Of a stretch of DNA of 64,000 nucleotides, positions 19,714 to 30,283 are shown piece by piece. The position numbers and the translations under genes were made by a program. Source of the stretch: Candidatus Krumholzibacteriota bacterium (GTDB taxonomy: Bacteria > Krumholzibacteriota > Krumholzibacteriia > JAJRXK01); NCBI GenBank assembly GCA_963764625.1, contig CAVXTH010000007.1, positions 224,001-288,000 on the forward strand, in the 5' to 3' direction. The notes beneath the pieces are model-generated. The model did no database searches, was not told the origin of the DNA, and saw only the letters and a list, made by a program, of their open reading frames with translations. Positions within the stretch are counted from its first letter, which is position 1, and each line of letters begins with the position of its first letter.

Positions 19714-22700
19714 ATGTCTGGATCTTCATCCACTCTCGTTCCTCTGATCGTTCTTCTTTTGATCTGCACCGCTAGTACCACTCCCGCCAACGCACAAGGA
19801 GACTGTCTTCCCAACTATGGAGTCCAGTACGTGGGTCTGCCCCAGGTCGACGCGCATTTCGGAAAAGCGGTTTCCACCGCGGGTGACGTCAACGGTGACG
19901 GATACGCCGATTTCATCATGGGAGCTCCCGATTACGACTTCGACGACTTCGACGAGGGCTTTTTCACGGTCGCTCTGGGTGGACCTGATGGAATGGAAGG
20001 CGTCGGAGGAGGTCAGTTCGGCGACGTACCCTTTGGAAACCTGGGGTGCTCGGTGTCAACTGCTGGCGACGTCAACGGGGACGGCTTCGATGATGTCATC
20101 GTAGGGGCGCTCGGCTACACCCATGGGGAAAGTGGCGAAGGGCGCGCCTATCTCTATTACGGCTCCTCCGGGCCGGCCCCGATGAACAATCCTGCGGCGT
20201 GGATCGGTGAAATCAACCTGGCCGGTGCGCTCTTCGGCACCTCGGTCTGTACTGCCGGTGATGTCAACGGCGACGGGTATGCAGATGTCATCATCGGAGC
20301 ACGTGGACTCGGCGGAGGGCTCCTGGGTGACCAGTCAGGAGCAGCTTACATCTTCTTCGGATCGCCTAGCGGGCTCGCGAGCACGTACGATCAGGTCGTC
20401 TTCGGTTGGACCGAAAGCGCGCAGTTCGGCACTTCGGTGGCGACCGCAGGTGACGTCAACGGCGACGGCTACGACGACGTCATCGTGGGTGCGCCGGGAT
20501 ACGACGCTCTGGGGAACCCCGCGAACGACAACGGGAAGGTGTTCGCATACTACGGCTCTCCCACGGGAATTTCGACGACCGAAGACTGGTCCGTGACGGG
20601 AGGCCTGGGTTCCCGCTTGGGCAATTCGGTCTTCACCGCGGGCGATGTCAACGGTGACGGCTATGCCGATGTCATAGTGGGTGCACCGAACCGGCTTGAC
20701 GGTTCGTTTCAACCGGTTGGTGAAGCCGACGTGTACCTAGGGGGTCCATCGGGCCTTGCGACATCACCGGTATGGACGAGGGTAGGGGTCGTGAGCGAGG
20801 GGCGATATGGTTTTGCCGTCGCAACGGCGGGTGACGTCGATGGCGATGGCTTCGCAGACATCGTCGTTGGCGTTCCGATGCAGAACGGTTACCAAGGGCG
20901 TATCGAAGTCTACTTTGGCAGCTCCGGCGGCCCTTCGGTGGACCCGTGCGTGCGGGTTTCCGGAGTGACCGACTCGGGCTTTGGTGCCGCAGTTTGCACC
21001 GCGGGTGACCTCGACGGAGACGGTTACTCGGAGATCATCGTGGGAGAGTACCTTGGCGACTTTACAAATCCGAGCTATCCGGGCAACGGAGCCGTATGGC
21101 GCTACACGGGAGGGGCGCGGCTTCCCTCAGAGGCTCCTGGTTGGATCGCCTCGGACGGAACCGCCGATACCGATAACGGACACGCTGCTTCGACCGCCGG
21201 TGACGTGAACGGCGACGGGTACTCGGACGTCATCGTCGGTGCGCCCAACTACAGCAACTTCATGTCTGGACACGGGCGCGCCCGCGCATACCTGGGGACC
21301 GCTTACGGCCTGTCGACGAATGCGTCGTGGTCGAAATCGGAGAGTGGCACTTCAAGCTATGGCGCTGCCGTCTCGCTTGCAGGAGACGTCAATGGCGACG
21401 GGTACACCGACGTGCTGGTAGGCGATCCCAATTTCAATGCAGGCCAAGGAGACGAAGGCAAGGTTTTCGAGTACGACGGGGGACCGAGCGGACTCTCCAC
21501 AACCTCCTCATGGTCGAGGGTGGGAGACGCGCAAACCAGCTTGTTCGGTGACGCCCTGTCCGATGCGGGTGACGTCGATGGCGATGGCTACGGAGACATC
21601 CTGATCGGAGCGGATGGGTTTGGCAGCACCACTGCTTACCTGTTCCGTGGATCGGCCACCGGCCTCGAGAGCTCGCCTTCCTGGTCGTTTACGCTGGAGA
21701 GCGTGGGAAACACGGTGGCCGGCGCGGGAGACGTGAACGCCGACGGATACTCCGATGTGATCGTGGGACAGTACTCGACTTTCTATGGGGTCGGTGACTC
21801 GCGGGGTGCGGCCTATGTGTGGTACGGATCCCCCACCGGACTATCTGTTTATCCCCAAGCGTCCATTTGGTTGAATGCAGCTAACGCGGCCCTCGTTGCG
21901 GTTGACACGGCGGGTGATCTGAATGGCGACGGATATTCCGACATCCTATTGGGAGGCTTCTCGCTCGACGGAATCGTACAGGTGCATCTGGGTGGACCGT
22001 CTGGCATCGACCCAACGCCCGCCTGGTCGCGGCCGGGTACGGGGGGAGAGAACTTGGGGATATCTGCTGGTTATGCTGGGGATGTCAACGGCGACGGGTA
22101 TAGTGACATTGTTGTCGGCTCGCAGGGCTACAGCAACGGACAGCAATTTGAAGGCAAAGTGACCGTATTTTTCGGGACTCCGTCGAGCTCTTCTCCGATC
22201 GGGGACGAGTGGTCCTTCGAATCGAACCAGGCCAACGCTCAGATGGGTAGACTCGTGAGCACCGCTGGCGATGTGAACGGAGACGGATTCGCTGACTTGC
22301 TGGTGCCCCTATGGGACTCCGATCAGATCTTCCTGCATCCCGGCAACCAAGGGAATGGACTGCCCAGGATTCCCCGCCAGGCTCAGTACGACGGTTCGGC
22401 GCCGATCGATTTGTTGGGAAATTCGAACGTACAGACCGCCTGGGCCCTGAAAGCGTTGGGTCGATGCCCGGCGGGACGAACGAAACTTCGGATGGAATAC
22501 GAGGTGAAGGCGGTTGGGGTGCCCTTCGACGGTTCGATCCAGTCGGGTCCGTACGCCGACACCGGCGCGCCCACTCCGGCGGGCAGCGCGGTCGCGCTCG
22601 AACAGCGGGTTACCGGCGCCTCTTCGGAGGCCGCATACCACTGGCGGATGCGTTTCCATTCACGTTCGCCGTACTTCGAATACAGTCCCTGGATCGGGCT

Positions 22701-23052
22701 TCCCACCAACGCTCTCACCGAGACCGACCTACGTACCGCCCGGCTCGGCACCGCGGCCACGCCGGTCGCGGCGACCCAGTTCTGGTTCGCACCCCCAAGT
22801 CCGAATCCCTTCGGCGGGAGAACGATCTTGGATTACCGGCTGCCGCGCGCGGGAAGGGTGAATCTGGAAGTGTTCGACGTGCGCGGCCGGCGCGTCGCGA
22901 CCCTGGTGGACGAAGTGGAAGCGCCCGGAGAACACCGAGTCAGCTGGACCGGGCGCGATAACCACGGCTCCTCACTGGCGTCGGGCACCTACTTCGCGCG
23001 CCTGCAAATTCCCGGCACGGTGCAGACCCGCCGGATCACCCTGATGCGGTGA
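19714..23052 (+). CDS. Secreted FG-GAP (integrin-alpha-like) repeat protein with FlgD-Ig/T9SS-type C-terminal domain
   Basis: Signal peptide; 14 AGD[VL][ND][GA]DG[YF] repeats (two 7-blade propellers inferred); PSPNPF...SGTYFARL...RRITLMR. Confidence 0.9.
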   Translation: MSGSSSTLVPLIVLLLICTASTTPANAQGDCLPNYGVQYVGLPQVDAHFGKAVSTAGDVNGDGYADFIMGAPDYDFDDFDEGFFTVALGGPDGMEGVGGGQFGDVPFGNLGCSVSTAGDVNGDGFDDVIVGALGYTHGESGEGRAYLYYGSSGPAPMNNPAAWIGEINLAGALFGTSVCTAGDVNGDGYADVIIGARGLGGGLLGDQSGAAYIFFGSPSGLASTYDQVVFGWTESAQFGTSVATAGDVNGDGYDDVIVGAPGYDALGNPANDNGKVFAYYGSPTGISTTEDWSVTGGLGSRLGNSVFTAGDVNGDGYADVIVGAPNRLDGSFQPVGEADVYLGGPSGLATSPVWTRVGVVSEGRYGFAVATAGDVDGDGFADIVVGVPMQNGYQGRIEVYFGSSGGPSVDPCVRVSGVTDSGFGAAVCTAGDLDGDGYSEIIVGEYLGDFTNPSYPGNGAVWRYTGGARLPSEAPGWIASDGTADTDNGHAASTAGDVNGDGYSDVIVGAPNYSNFMSGHGRARAYLGTAYGLSTNASWSKSESGTSSYGAAVSLAGDVNGDGYTDVLVGDPNFNAGQGDEGKVFEYDGGPSGLSTTSSWSRVGDAQTSLFGDALSDAGDVDGDGYGDILIGADGFGSTTAYLFRGSATGLESSPSWSFTLESVGNTVAGAGDVNADGYSDVIVGQYSTFYGVGDSRGAAYVWYGSPTGLSVYPQASIWLNAANAALVAVDTAGDLNGDGYSDILLGGFSLDGIVQVHLGGPSGIDPTPAWSRPGTGGENLGISAGYAGDVNGDGYSDIVVGSQGYSNGQQFEGKVTVFFGTPSSSSPIGDEWSFESNQANAQMGRLVSTAGDVNGDGFADLLVPLWDSDQIFLHPGNQGNGLPRIPRQAQYDGSAPIDLLGNSNVQTAWALKALGRCPAGRTKLRMEYEVKAVGVPFDGSIQSGPYADTGAPTPAGSAVALEQRVTGASSEAAYHWRMRFHSRSPYFEYSPWIGLPTNALTETDLRTARLGTAATPVAATQFWFAPPSPNPFGGRTILDYRLPRAGRVNLEVFDVRGRRVATLVDEVEAPGEHRVSWTGRDNHGSSLASGTYFARLQIPGTVQTRRITLMR

Positions 23053-23323
23053 AGGCAGTGGTGGTCTCGTAAGCGCTTTCTTGGCTTTTGATCCTTCAGT
23101 TGGATGGGAGGGGCTTCCCCGGGAGTGTCCCCCTGGAGCTAGGTTGCCCAGTTGCGTACACGCGGTGGACGTTCGCATCTCCGCAAGAGGAAGATGTGGC
23201 GGTGGGATTCTTGCAGTCAAACCAGCCAGAGAACTCGGTTGACCCGACGCTTGCATCATGACAACAATGTCCCGGAGATTCCCCACCAGTTTCCAGGCAA
23301 ATAGTAGCGGAGAAGGAGATCCA

Positions 23324-24742
23324 ATGACTCAGTTTCGAGGTTTTGACGAATCCAAGATCGAGGTCGGCAAAGATGCGGTCGAGGCTCTGCGCTCGGCACT
23401 GGGTGGTGGCCTTCACGGTCCTGGCGATTCCGAATACGATGAAGCTTGCGCCATATGGAACGCAATGGTTGAACGCAGGCCGGCGTTCGTCGCGCGCTGC
23501 CGTTCGAGCGCCGACGTCGCCGAAACGGTGCGCTTTGCCGCCGCACATAAAGTCCTTCTCTCGGTGCGGGGTTGCGGCCACCACATTGCCGGCAATTCGC
23601 TGGCAGACGGCGGACTGACCATCGACCTTTCCACCTTACGTAAGGTGTCACTCGACGCTAATTCCGGTGTGGTCACGGCCGAACCTGGCGCGACGCTCGG
23701 TGATCTCGATGCGGCGACTGCGGCGAAGGGTTGGGTCGTGCCTACCGGGATCAACTCGACCACGGGTATCGCGGGTCTGACTCTTGGTGGAGGCTTCGGT
23801 TGGCTTTCCCGCAAGTTCGGAATGACCGTCGACAGTCTGAAAGAAGCCGAGGTGGTGACTGCCGATGGCAAGACCGTTACCGCCTCCGCCTCTCAGAACC
23901 CCGATCTCTTCTGGGCTCTCCGCGGTGGAGGTGGCAACTTTGGAGTCGTGACCCGGTTCACCTACCAGGCCCATCGCACTGCACCCGAACTCTACTCGGG
24001 ACTCATTGTCCATCCGGCGTCGGCGGCGGGCGATGCTCTGCGCTTCTACCGTGATTTCGCGGCAAAGGCCTCCGACGAGCTAACGACCTGGGTGGTCATG
24101 CGGAAGGCTCCACCACTCCCATTTCTCCCGGAAGACGCCCATGGCAAAGAGGTCGTCGTCTTCGCGCTGCTCCACTGTGGCGATCCCGCCGCGGCCGAGC
24201 GCGAGGTCAGGCCACTCTTGGAGTTCGGCAACCCGGTCGGCAGCCACCTCGGTGTGCAACCCTTTGCTGCCTGGCAACAGGCTTTCGATCCATTGCTCAC
24301 CCCCGGCGCCCGCAACTACTGGAAGTCGCACAATTTCGCGAGTCTCTCCGATGCTTTGCTTGACGTCTTCACCAGGGCTCTCGGAACTCTCCCCTCGGAT
24401 TTTTCGGAGATTTTCATCGCACAGCTCGGTGGAGCACAGAGTCGTGTTGCAGTTGACGCGACCGCTTACCCCCACCGCGACGCGCGCTTCTCGATGAACG
24501 TCCACACCCGCTGGGAGAAGGCCTCGGATGACGCCCGTTGCGTGGCCTGGGCGCGAAAGCTGTTCGCGGAAGCCGAACCGTACTCGACGGGCGGCACGTA
24601 CAGCAACTTCCTGACCGACGACGCGGACGACGCGGTGGCCGCCGCCTACGGAAGCAATGCTCCGCGCCTGGCCGAGGTCAAAGCGCGCTACGACCCCACA
24701 AATCTATTCCGAATGAACCATAACGTGAGGCCAAAGAAGTGA
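23324..24742 (+). CDS. FAD-binding oxidoreductase (FAD_binding_4 + BBE domain)
   Basis: AAGGAG RBS; VRGCGHH, TGIAGLTLGGGFG, DLFWALRGGGGNFGVVT, KARYDPTNLFRMNHN. Confidence 0.92.
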   Translation: MTQFRGFDESKIEVGKDAVEALRSALGGGLHGPGDSEYDEACAIWNAMVERRPAFVARCRSSADVAETVRFAAAHKVLLSVRGCGHHIAGNSLADGGLTIDLSTLRKVSLDANSGVVTAEPGATLGDLDAATAAKGWVVPTGINSTTGIAGLTLGGGFGWLSRKFGMTVDSLKEAEVVTADGKTVTASASQNPDLFWALRGGGGNFGVVTRFTYQAHRTAPELYSGLIVHPASAAGDALRFYRDFAAKASDELTTWVVMRKAPPLPFLPEDAHGKEVVVFALLHCGDPAAAEREVRPLLEFGNPVGSHLGVQPFAAWQQAFDPLLTPGARNYWKSHNFASLSDALLDVFTRALGTLPSDFSEIFIAQLGGAQSRVAVDATAYPHRDARFSMNVHTRWEKASDDARCVAWARKLFAEAEPYSTGGTYSNFLTDDADDAVAAAYGSNAPRLAEVKARYDPTNLFRMNHNVRPKK

Positions 24743-24793
24743 GGTCGATGAACTGATTTGACCAGTGCGCCGAAGGTGAGCAGGAGGCTCTGC

Positions 24794-27151
24794 GTGAAGA
24801 AGCTGCCGTGGAGAGCGGTGCTGATCACGCTCTTGTGGATTCTGGTAAGCGCCGACGCGCTTGCATTGGAGGGTGCGGCTCTCGCTCAGGACCGGAACCC
24901 AACGTACGTGTCCGTCGAGGCTCTCACGCGCTTCGTGAACCCGCTGGTGGGCACGAAGAACATGGGACATACCTATCCCGGCGCGACGGTTCCCTTCGGG
25001 ACGGTGCAACTGAGTCCCGACACCAAGCGCCCACCCATGTACGACGCCTCCGGCACCTACAACCGGGAGGTCTACCGCTACTGCTCGGGCTACCAGTACG
25101 GCGACTCGACCATCTATGGCTTTAGCCACACCCACTTCAGCGGGACCGGCCATTCCGATCTAGGGGACGTCTCGCTTATGCCAACCCTGGGCGAGCTCCA
25201 GCTGGAACCGGGCGATGCCTGGCAAGAGGGGCACAACATTCCTGCGCGCTTCCATCACTCCAGCGAGGTTGCGCAGCCCGGATACTACAAAGTGCAGTTG
25301 GACGACTCCTCGATCGAAGTCGAGCTCACCGCGACCCCGCGGGTGGGCATGCACCGCTACACACTGGGAAAAAGCGGAGAGCTGCACCTCATTCTGGACA
25401 TGATGGCCAACATCTACGACTACCAGGGCAAAGATGTATGGACCTTCCTTCGGGTCGAGAACGACAGCACGGTGACTGGCTACCGGCAGACCACCGGTTG
25501 GGCGCGCACGCGCACCGTGTACTTCGCGATGGAGTTCAGCCGGCCCTGCAAGAGCTACGGCTACAAACGCTACGACGAGACGCCCTACAAGGGCTTCTAT
25601 CGTCAGTTCGATCAGGAGCACGACTTCCCCGAGATGGCGGGAAGGGAGATCCGCGCCCATTTCGATTTCGATGGCCGCAAGGGCGAGCAGTTATTGGTGA
25701 AGGTGGCACTCTCAGGAGTGAGCACCGCGGGCGCGATGGCGAATCTCTCGACTGAGTTGCCCGGCTGGGATTTCGATCACGCGCGCGAGCAGGCGCGTCA
25801 GGCCTGGAACCGCGAGCTGGGCCGGATCGAAGTCAGTTCGATGAATGACGAACAGAAGAAGACCTTTTACACCGCGCTCTACCACTGCTTCCTCAGTCCC
25901 ATCGTGTACGAGGACGTCGACGGACGCTACCGCGGGCTCGATCAAAACGTGCACACCTCTAGCGGCTTCACGAACTACACGATCTTCTCACTGTGGGACA
26001 CCTACCGGGCCCTGCACCCGCTCCTGAATCTCATTCAGACCGCGCGCAACACCCACATGATCGAGAGCATGCTGGCCCACTTCGACCAGAGTGTACACGG
26101 GATGTTGCCGGTGTGGAGTCACTATGCCAACGAGAACTGGTGCATGATCGGTTACCACGCGGTGTCGGTAATCACCGACGCGATCGTGAAGGGGAATCGC
26201 GATATCGACCTCGAGCGAGCGTTCCACGCTTGCGTGGAAACGTCACGGGTTCCGTACTATGATGGCGAAGGGGAATACGCGAAGTTGGGCTACGTGCCGG
26301 ACGAGGTCTCGCCCTACTCCGCGAGTATAACCCTGGAACTGGCATACGACGATTGGTGCATCGCGCGGCTGGCGCAACTCGAGGGTGACGAAGCCGAGGT
26401 GGGGCGCTACGACGAACGGGGAGAGAGCTTCCGGTACGTCTTCGATCCCGAGGTGGGCTTCATGCGGCCCAAGCGCCGCGACGGGAGTTGGCGCCCCACC
26501 TTCGACGCGATGGCAACCGACGGCCAGGGCTTCGTCGAAGGGAACGCCTGGAACTACAGTCTCTACGTGCCGCAGAACGTGCCGGCCCTGGCGGAGCTTC
26601 TGGGAGGTCCGGACAAGCTCGAGACCTATCTCGATTCGCTCTTCACCATGCAGATCTCTGACGAGCAGATCGCCCATACCGAGGACATCACGCGCGATGG
26701 AATCATCGGCGCCTACGTGCACGGCAACGAGCCCAGCCACCACGTGCCCTATCTCTACAACTGGACCGTCCACCCCTGGAAAACGCAGAAGCGGGTACGA
26801 ATGATCCTGGACACCATGTACGGCCCGGGTGTAGACGGTCTGTGTGGCAACGACGATGCGGGACAGATGAGCGCCTGGTATGTGTTCAGCGCGCTGGGGT
26901 TCTATCCGGTGTGCCCGGGGTCGAGGAACTACGAACTCGGCAGCCCGCTCGTGAAGAGCGCGATGTTGCATCTGGAGAACGGGAAGACCCTGCACATCGA
27001 AGCCCGTGACCAGAGTCCCAAAAATGTATACGTGCAGAAAGTGGAAGTGAACGGCAAACCCATCCATCGACACTACCTGGATTTCGCGGAACTCAGGATG
27101 GGGGGAGAGATCACATATTTCATGGGGCCTGAACCGGTCGAAGGGGAATAG
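24794..27151 (+). CDS. GH92 alpha-1,2-mannosidase, exported
   Basis: VNPLVGT..GHTYPGATVPFG, GFSHTHFSGTG, FSLWDTYRA, EGNAW, HGNEPSHH, GNDDAGQMSAW. Confidence 0.95.
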   Translation: MKKLPWRAVLITLLWILVSADALALEGAALAQDRNPTYVSVEALTRFVNPLVGTKNMGHTYPGATVPFGTVQLSPDTKRPPMYDASGTYNREVYRYCSGYQYGDSTIYGFSHTHFSGTGHSDLGDVSLMPTLGELQLEPGDAWQEGHNIPARFHHSSEVAQPGYYKVQLDDSSIEVELTATPRVGMHRYTLGKSGELHLILDMMANIYDYQGKDVWTFLRVENDSTVTGYRQTTGWARTRTVYFAMEFSRPCKSYGYKRYDETPYKGFYRQFDQEHDFPEMAGREIRAHFDFDGRKGEQLLVKVALSGVSTAGAMANLSTELPGWDFDHAREQARQAWNRELGRIEVSSMNDEQKKTFYTALYHCFLSPIVYEDVDGRYRGLDQNVHTSSGFTNYTIFSLWDTYRALHPLLNLIQTARNTHMIESMLAHFDQSVHGMLPVWSHYANENWCMIGYHAVSVITDAIVKGNRDIDLERAFHACVETSRVPYYDGEGEYAKLGYVPDEVSPYSASITLELAYDDWCIARLAQLEGDEAEVGRYDERGESFRYVFDPEVGFMRPKRRDGSWRPTFDAMATDGQGFVEGNAWNYSLYVPQNVPALAELLGGPDKLETYLDSLFTMQISDEQIAHTEDITRDGIIGAYVHGNEPSHHVPYLYNWTVHPWKTQKRVRMILDTMYGPGVDGLCGNDDAGQMSAWYVFSALGFYPVCPGSRNYELGSPLVKSAMLHLENGKTLHIEARDQSPKNVYVQKVEVNGKPIHRHYLDFAELRMGGEITYFMGPEPVEGE

Positions 27152-27197
27152 GGTTGAGCCGGCCGGATGAGATCGGGCCCATGCATGGGGAGGAAAC

Positions 27198-28940
27198 ATG
27201 AGACGGCAGGCGCAGATTCTCGCAGGCATCGAATCCAGTCTTTCTTCGACGGCCTTTTCGGCGATGGCTCAGGCGACCGTCTTGGCGGTCATGGTAGCGG
27301 TCGTTCTGGTGGGCGCTGGCGCGAGCAATGCTCGCGCCGAGGGAATCCCGGGGACCGTTCTGAAGCACTTTCCGTTGGAGCTGAAGACCCCAACCGGGCT
27401 CGCATTCGACGGTCAGCATCTCTGGGTGGGCGATCTCGATTCGGCCAAGCTCCTGGAGATCGACCCTTCGAGCGGCGAGGTGCTCGCCACGCTCGATGCT
27501 CCGGGCTACCAGCCTCTGGGTCTGGCCTTCGATGGCGCCCAGCTCTGGGTGATCGATGCCCTGGATAAGACAGCTTACGCGCTGAATCCGGCGAGCGGCA
27601 TCACGCAGCGGGCTCTGCCGCTCGATACGGACGACGCCAAGGGAATGACCTGGGATGGTGCGGCGCTGTGGACGGTGGATGCACGCGACGGCGTCATCAC
27701 CCGCCTCGACATCGACGACGGAACCACCTTCAAGAGCTTTCCCTGCCCTCGCGCGAAAGCTGGTGGGGACGAGTTGGGCTTGGCCTTCGACGGGAACTAC
27801 CTGTGGGTGAGCGACCGGCGCAGTGACAAGATCTACCGGGTCGACTCCGCTACCGGCGTGGTTCTCGACGACTTCCCCTCACCCGGTCCTTACCCGGCCG
27901 ATCTGGCCTGGGACGGCGAGCACCTCTGGTGTGTCGACTACGAAACGCGCGAACTCTACCAGCTGGAGACGGTGAGCGGATCGCCCTATGTCGTCTCCGA
28001 TCCGAAGCACGAGCTTCTGACCTACAAGGAGATCTGGCGCAACTTCGGTCCCGGGACGGTCGAGAGCCTGGACGTCTATATCGCGGTGCCGCGTGACCTG
28101 CCCAACCAGAAGTTGACGACAGAACCCACTTTCGATCCCGCGCCCAAGGACACCGTAACCGACAAGTGGGGACAGAAGTGCGCGCACTTCGTGTATGAGG
28201 ACGTCGAGGCCGGGCAAGAAGTGTCGGCCCAGATGACGGTGGATGCGACCCTCAACAAGGTCCGCTGGTACGTCGATCCGGACAAGGTGGGTGGACTCGG
28301 GAAGATTCCGGCCAAGATCCGCAAGACCTACACGCAGAACAGCAGCAAGCTGGTCATGGACGACCCGGTAATCCAGAAGGCGGTCAAGGAAGCTGTCGGC
28401 AGCGAGACCAATCCCTACTGGATGGCGCGCAAGATCAATCGCTACATCCAGGACCACATGTACTACGAACTGGTTGGGGGGTGGAACATCGCCCCCACGG
28501 TGCTCGCACGTGGTTCGGGCTCCTGCTCGGAGTACACCTTCGTGATGCTCTCGATGTGCCATGCGGCGGGCCTGCCCGCGCGCTATGCGGGCTCGGTGGT
28601 CGTGCGCAACGACGATGCGAGCCGTGACGACGTGTTCCACCGCTGGGTGGAGGTCTACCTGCCCAACTACGGCTGGGTTCCGGTGGATCCCTCCGGGGGA
28701 GATTCCGATGTGCCCTCTCACGTGGCGGACTTTTTCGGAGGCCTGTCGAACCGCTTCGTGATCACCACTCTCGGCGCGGGTGACAGCGAGTATCTACACT
28801 GGGACTACGACAGCTACGCCACCTGGACGGCCAAGGGGCGCGTGAAGTTGATGCAGCACAAGGCCGGAGACTGGGTGCCGGTGGGCAAGAAGTACGAGCC
28901 GCGGGTGACCGCGACGGTGGGCATGGACAAGTGCGACTAG
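27198..28940 (+). CDS. Exported beta-propeller + transglutaminase-like domain protein
   Basis: Repeats GLA[FW]DG..LW; Cys-His-Asp triad in GSCSEY / FHRWVEVYLPNYGWVPVDPS; start could be 27264. Confidence 0.85.
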   Translation: MRRQAQILAGIESSLSSTAFSAMAQATVLAVMVAVVLVGAGASNARAEGIPGTVLKHFPLELKTPTGLAFDGQHLWVGDLDSAKLLEIDPSSGEVLATLDAPGYQPLGLAFDGAQLWVIDALDKTAYALNPASGITQRALPLDTDDAKGMTWDGAALWTVDARDGVITRLDIDDGTTFKSFPCPRAKAGGDELGLAFDGNYLWVSDRRSDKIYRVDSATGVVLDDFPSPGPYPADLAWDGEHLWCVDYETRELYQLETVSGSPYVVSDPKHELLTYKEIWRNFGPGTVESLDVYIAVPRDLPNQKLTTEPTFDPAPKDTVTDKWGQKCAHFVYEDVEAGQEVSAQMTVDATLNKVRWYVDPDKVGGLGKIPAKIRKTYTQNSSKLVMDDPVIQKAVKEAVGSETNPYWMARKINRYIQDHMYYELVGGWNIAPTVLARGSGSCSEYTFVMLSMCHAAGLPARYAGSVVVRNDDASRDDVFHRWVEVYLPNYGWVPVDPSGGDSDVPSHVADFFGGLSNRFVITTLGAGDSEYLHWDYDSYATWTAKGRVKLMQHKAGDWVPVGKKYEPRVTATVGMDKCD

Positions 28941-28947
28941 CCAGAGA

Positions 28948-30162
28948 TCAAGAGTCGAGCCGGTAGCACACCAGGTGGAGCGGTTCCATGTCGCCCTCTG
29001 CATCCTCGTCCTCGTCTTTGACCACCGTATCGCCGATGTTGTGCGCGACATACATGTGGCTCGCTCCCGGAAAGATGCGGTCTCGATTCAGGTCCACGTC
29101 GCCGAGCAGTCGCCACTGCTGTACCCATCGGCCCTGCGCGTCGAACTGGTCGAGTCGGGCGAAGAGTTCGGGGGGATCGTCCGGCTGACGCTCGCGAATC
29201 AGGACTTGAAATCCGCCGTCGGGCCGCGGATAGAGTCCATCGACTACGCGATCGGTATCGCTCACCTGGACCTTCATCTGCTTTCCATTGATGTTCATGG
29301 AGTATCGCTTGCTCGCGTACTTTCGTTCCTCTGGTGTGCGCACATGGGGCTCGAACGGCCTCTCGATGATGCGCAGGAGCGAGCCATCCGGCGCGTATAC
29401 GTGTAGGCGGTAGGCGTCCCACTCTTCTGCCACCACGACGTTGCCCTTGGCGGTGACGGTCCAGACTCCGCTGACTCCGGTCATGTCCCGCTCCTTGAAT
29501 TGCTCGGCCGCGAGATCGACGGGGTGTCGATCCTCGTAGTAGCGGGTTTGGATGGTACCCTTGTCATCGACCGAGAGGATCTGGGCCACCGTCCCCATTT
29601 TTCCGTCGGCGAAGAACATTCCCGAGGCCGCCAGGACGAGATCGCTCCCGCGGTCGTAGCCTCCGGTGAGCATGGGCACGCCTTCGCTGGGATCGGGGAT
29701 CGGGTGGTCGTCCAACGGAACCCCGTCGGGCTTCAGCAGGGCGATCTTGGGCGGCATCGTCTGGATCACGTCCAGAGTGCCGTCATGCCCCAGAAAGAGG
29801 CTCGAGGGATTGCGGAATTCCCCAGGCGCCTCGCCTTCGCGCCCGATGGTCTTTTGCCATTCTCCTTCGGGGGAGAAGACCTGGATCTGGTTCAATTGCG
29901 CGTCGAGAACGCAAACGTCGCCGTCCTTGCGTTCGACGACACCGCGGATGCGGCCAAAGATCAGGTCGTCGTCCAGGCCGGCGGTCCACAACGCGTGGAG
30001 ATGAACATCACGAGTTTCCTGCGAGGGTGCGGTGCTGACCAGTGGTTCAGGCGAGGGATCCGCCGCGCCGCCGACGCCGACGAGGAGGGTGCACGATGCG
30101 AGCACGAAGAAGAGGAAAACTGGGAACAATGGCAATCGGTTCCATGCGACAGTCTTGTTCAT
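28948..30162 (-). CDS. Exported 6-bladed beta-propeller protein
   Basis: VLDAQLNQIQVFSPEGEWQKTIGREGEAPGEFRNP motif; signal peptide. Confidence 0.75.
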   Translation of the reverse strand: MNKTVAWNRLPLFPVFLFFVLASCTLLVGVGGAADPSPEPLVSTAPSQETRDVHLHALWTAGLDDDLIFGRIRGVVERKDGDVCVLDAQLNQIQVFSPEGEWQKTIGREGEAPGEFRNPSSLFLGHDGTLDVIQTMPPKIALLKPDGVPLDDHPIPDPSEGVPMLTGGYDRGSDLVLAASGMFFADGKMGTVAQILSVDDKGTIQTRYYEDRHPVDLAAEQFKERDMTGVSGVWTVTAKGNVVVAEEWDAYRLHVYAPDGSLLRIIERPFEPHVRTPEERKYASKRYSMNINGKQMKVQVSDTDRVVDGLYPRPDGGFQVLIRERQPDDPPELFARLDQFDAQGRWVQQWRLLGDVDLNRDRIFPGASHMYVAHNIGDTVVKDEDEDAEGDMEPLHLVCYRLDS

Positions 30163-30283
30163 GGGTACCTCGGATAGTTTTGAGTGAGATTCCAGCGGAC
30201 ATTCGGCGGTACCGAGACTACGCGCGAGCGTGCTGCTGGGTTTCACCTCCGCTCAATTCCATCACGCTACGTCCCCGGCCACG

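Noticed and set aside
19561-23050. Diversity-generating retroelement template/variable repeat pair
   Set aside because: The two mismatches are C/G and G/T rather than adenine-specific, and no reverse transcriptase is present; the 63298/54027 pair also has mixed transitions
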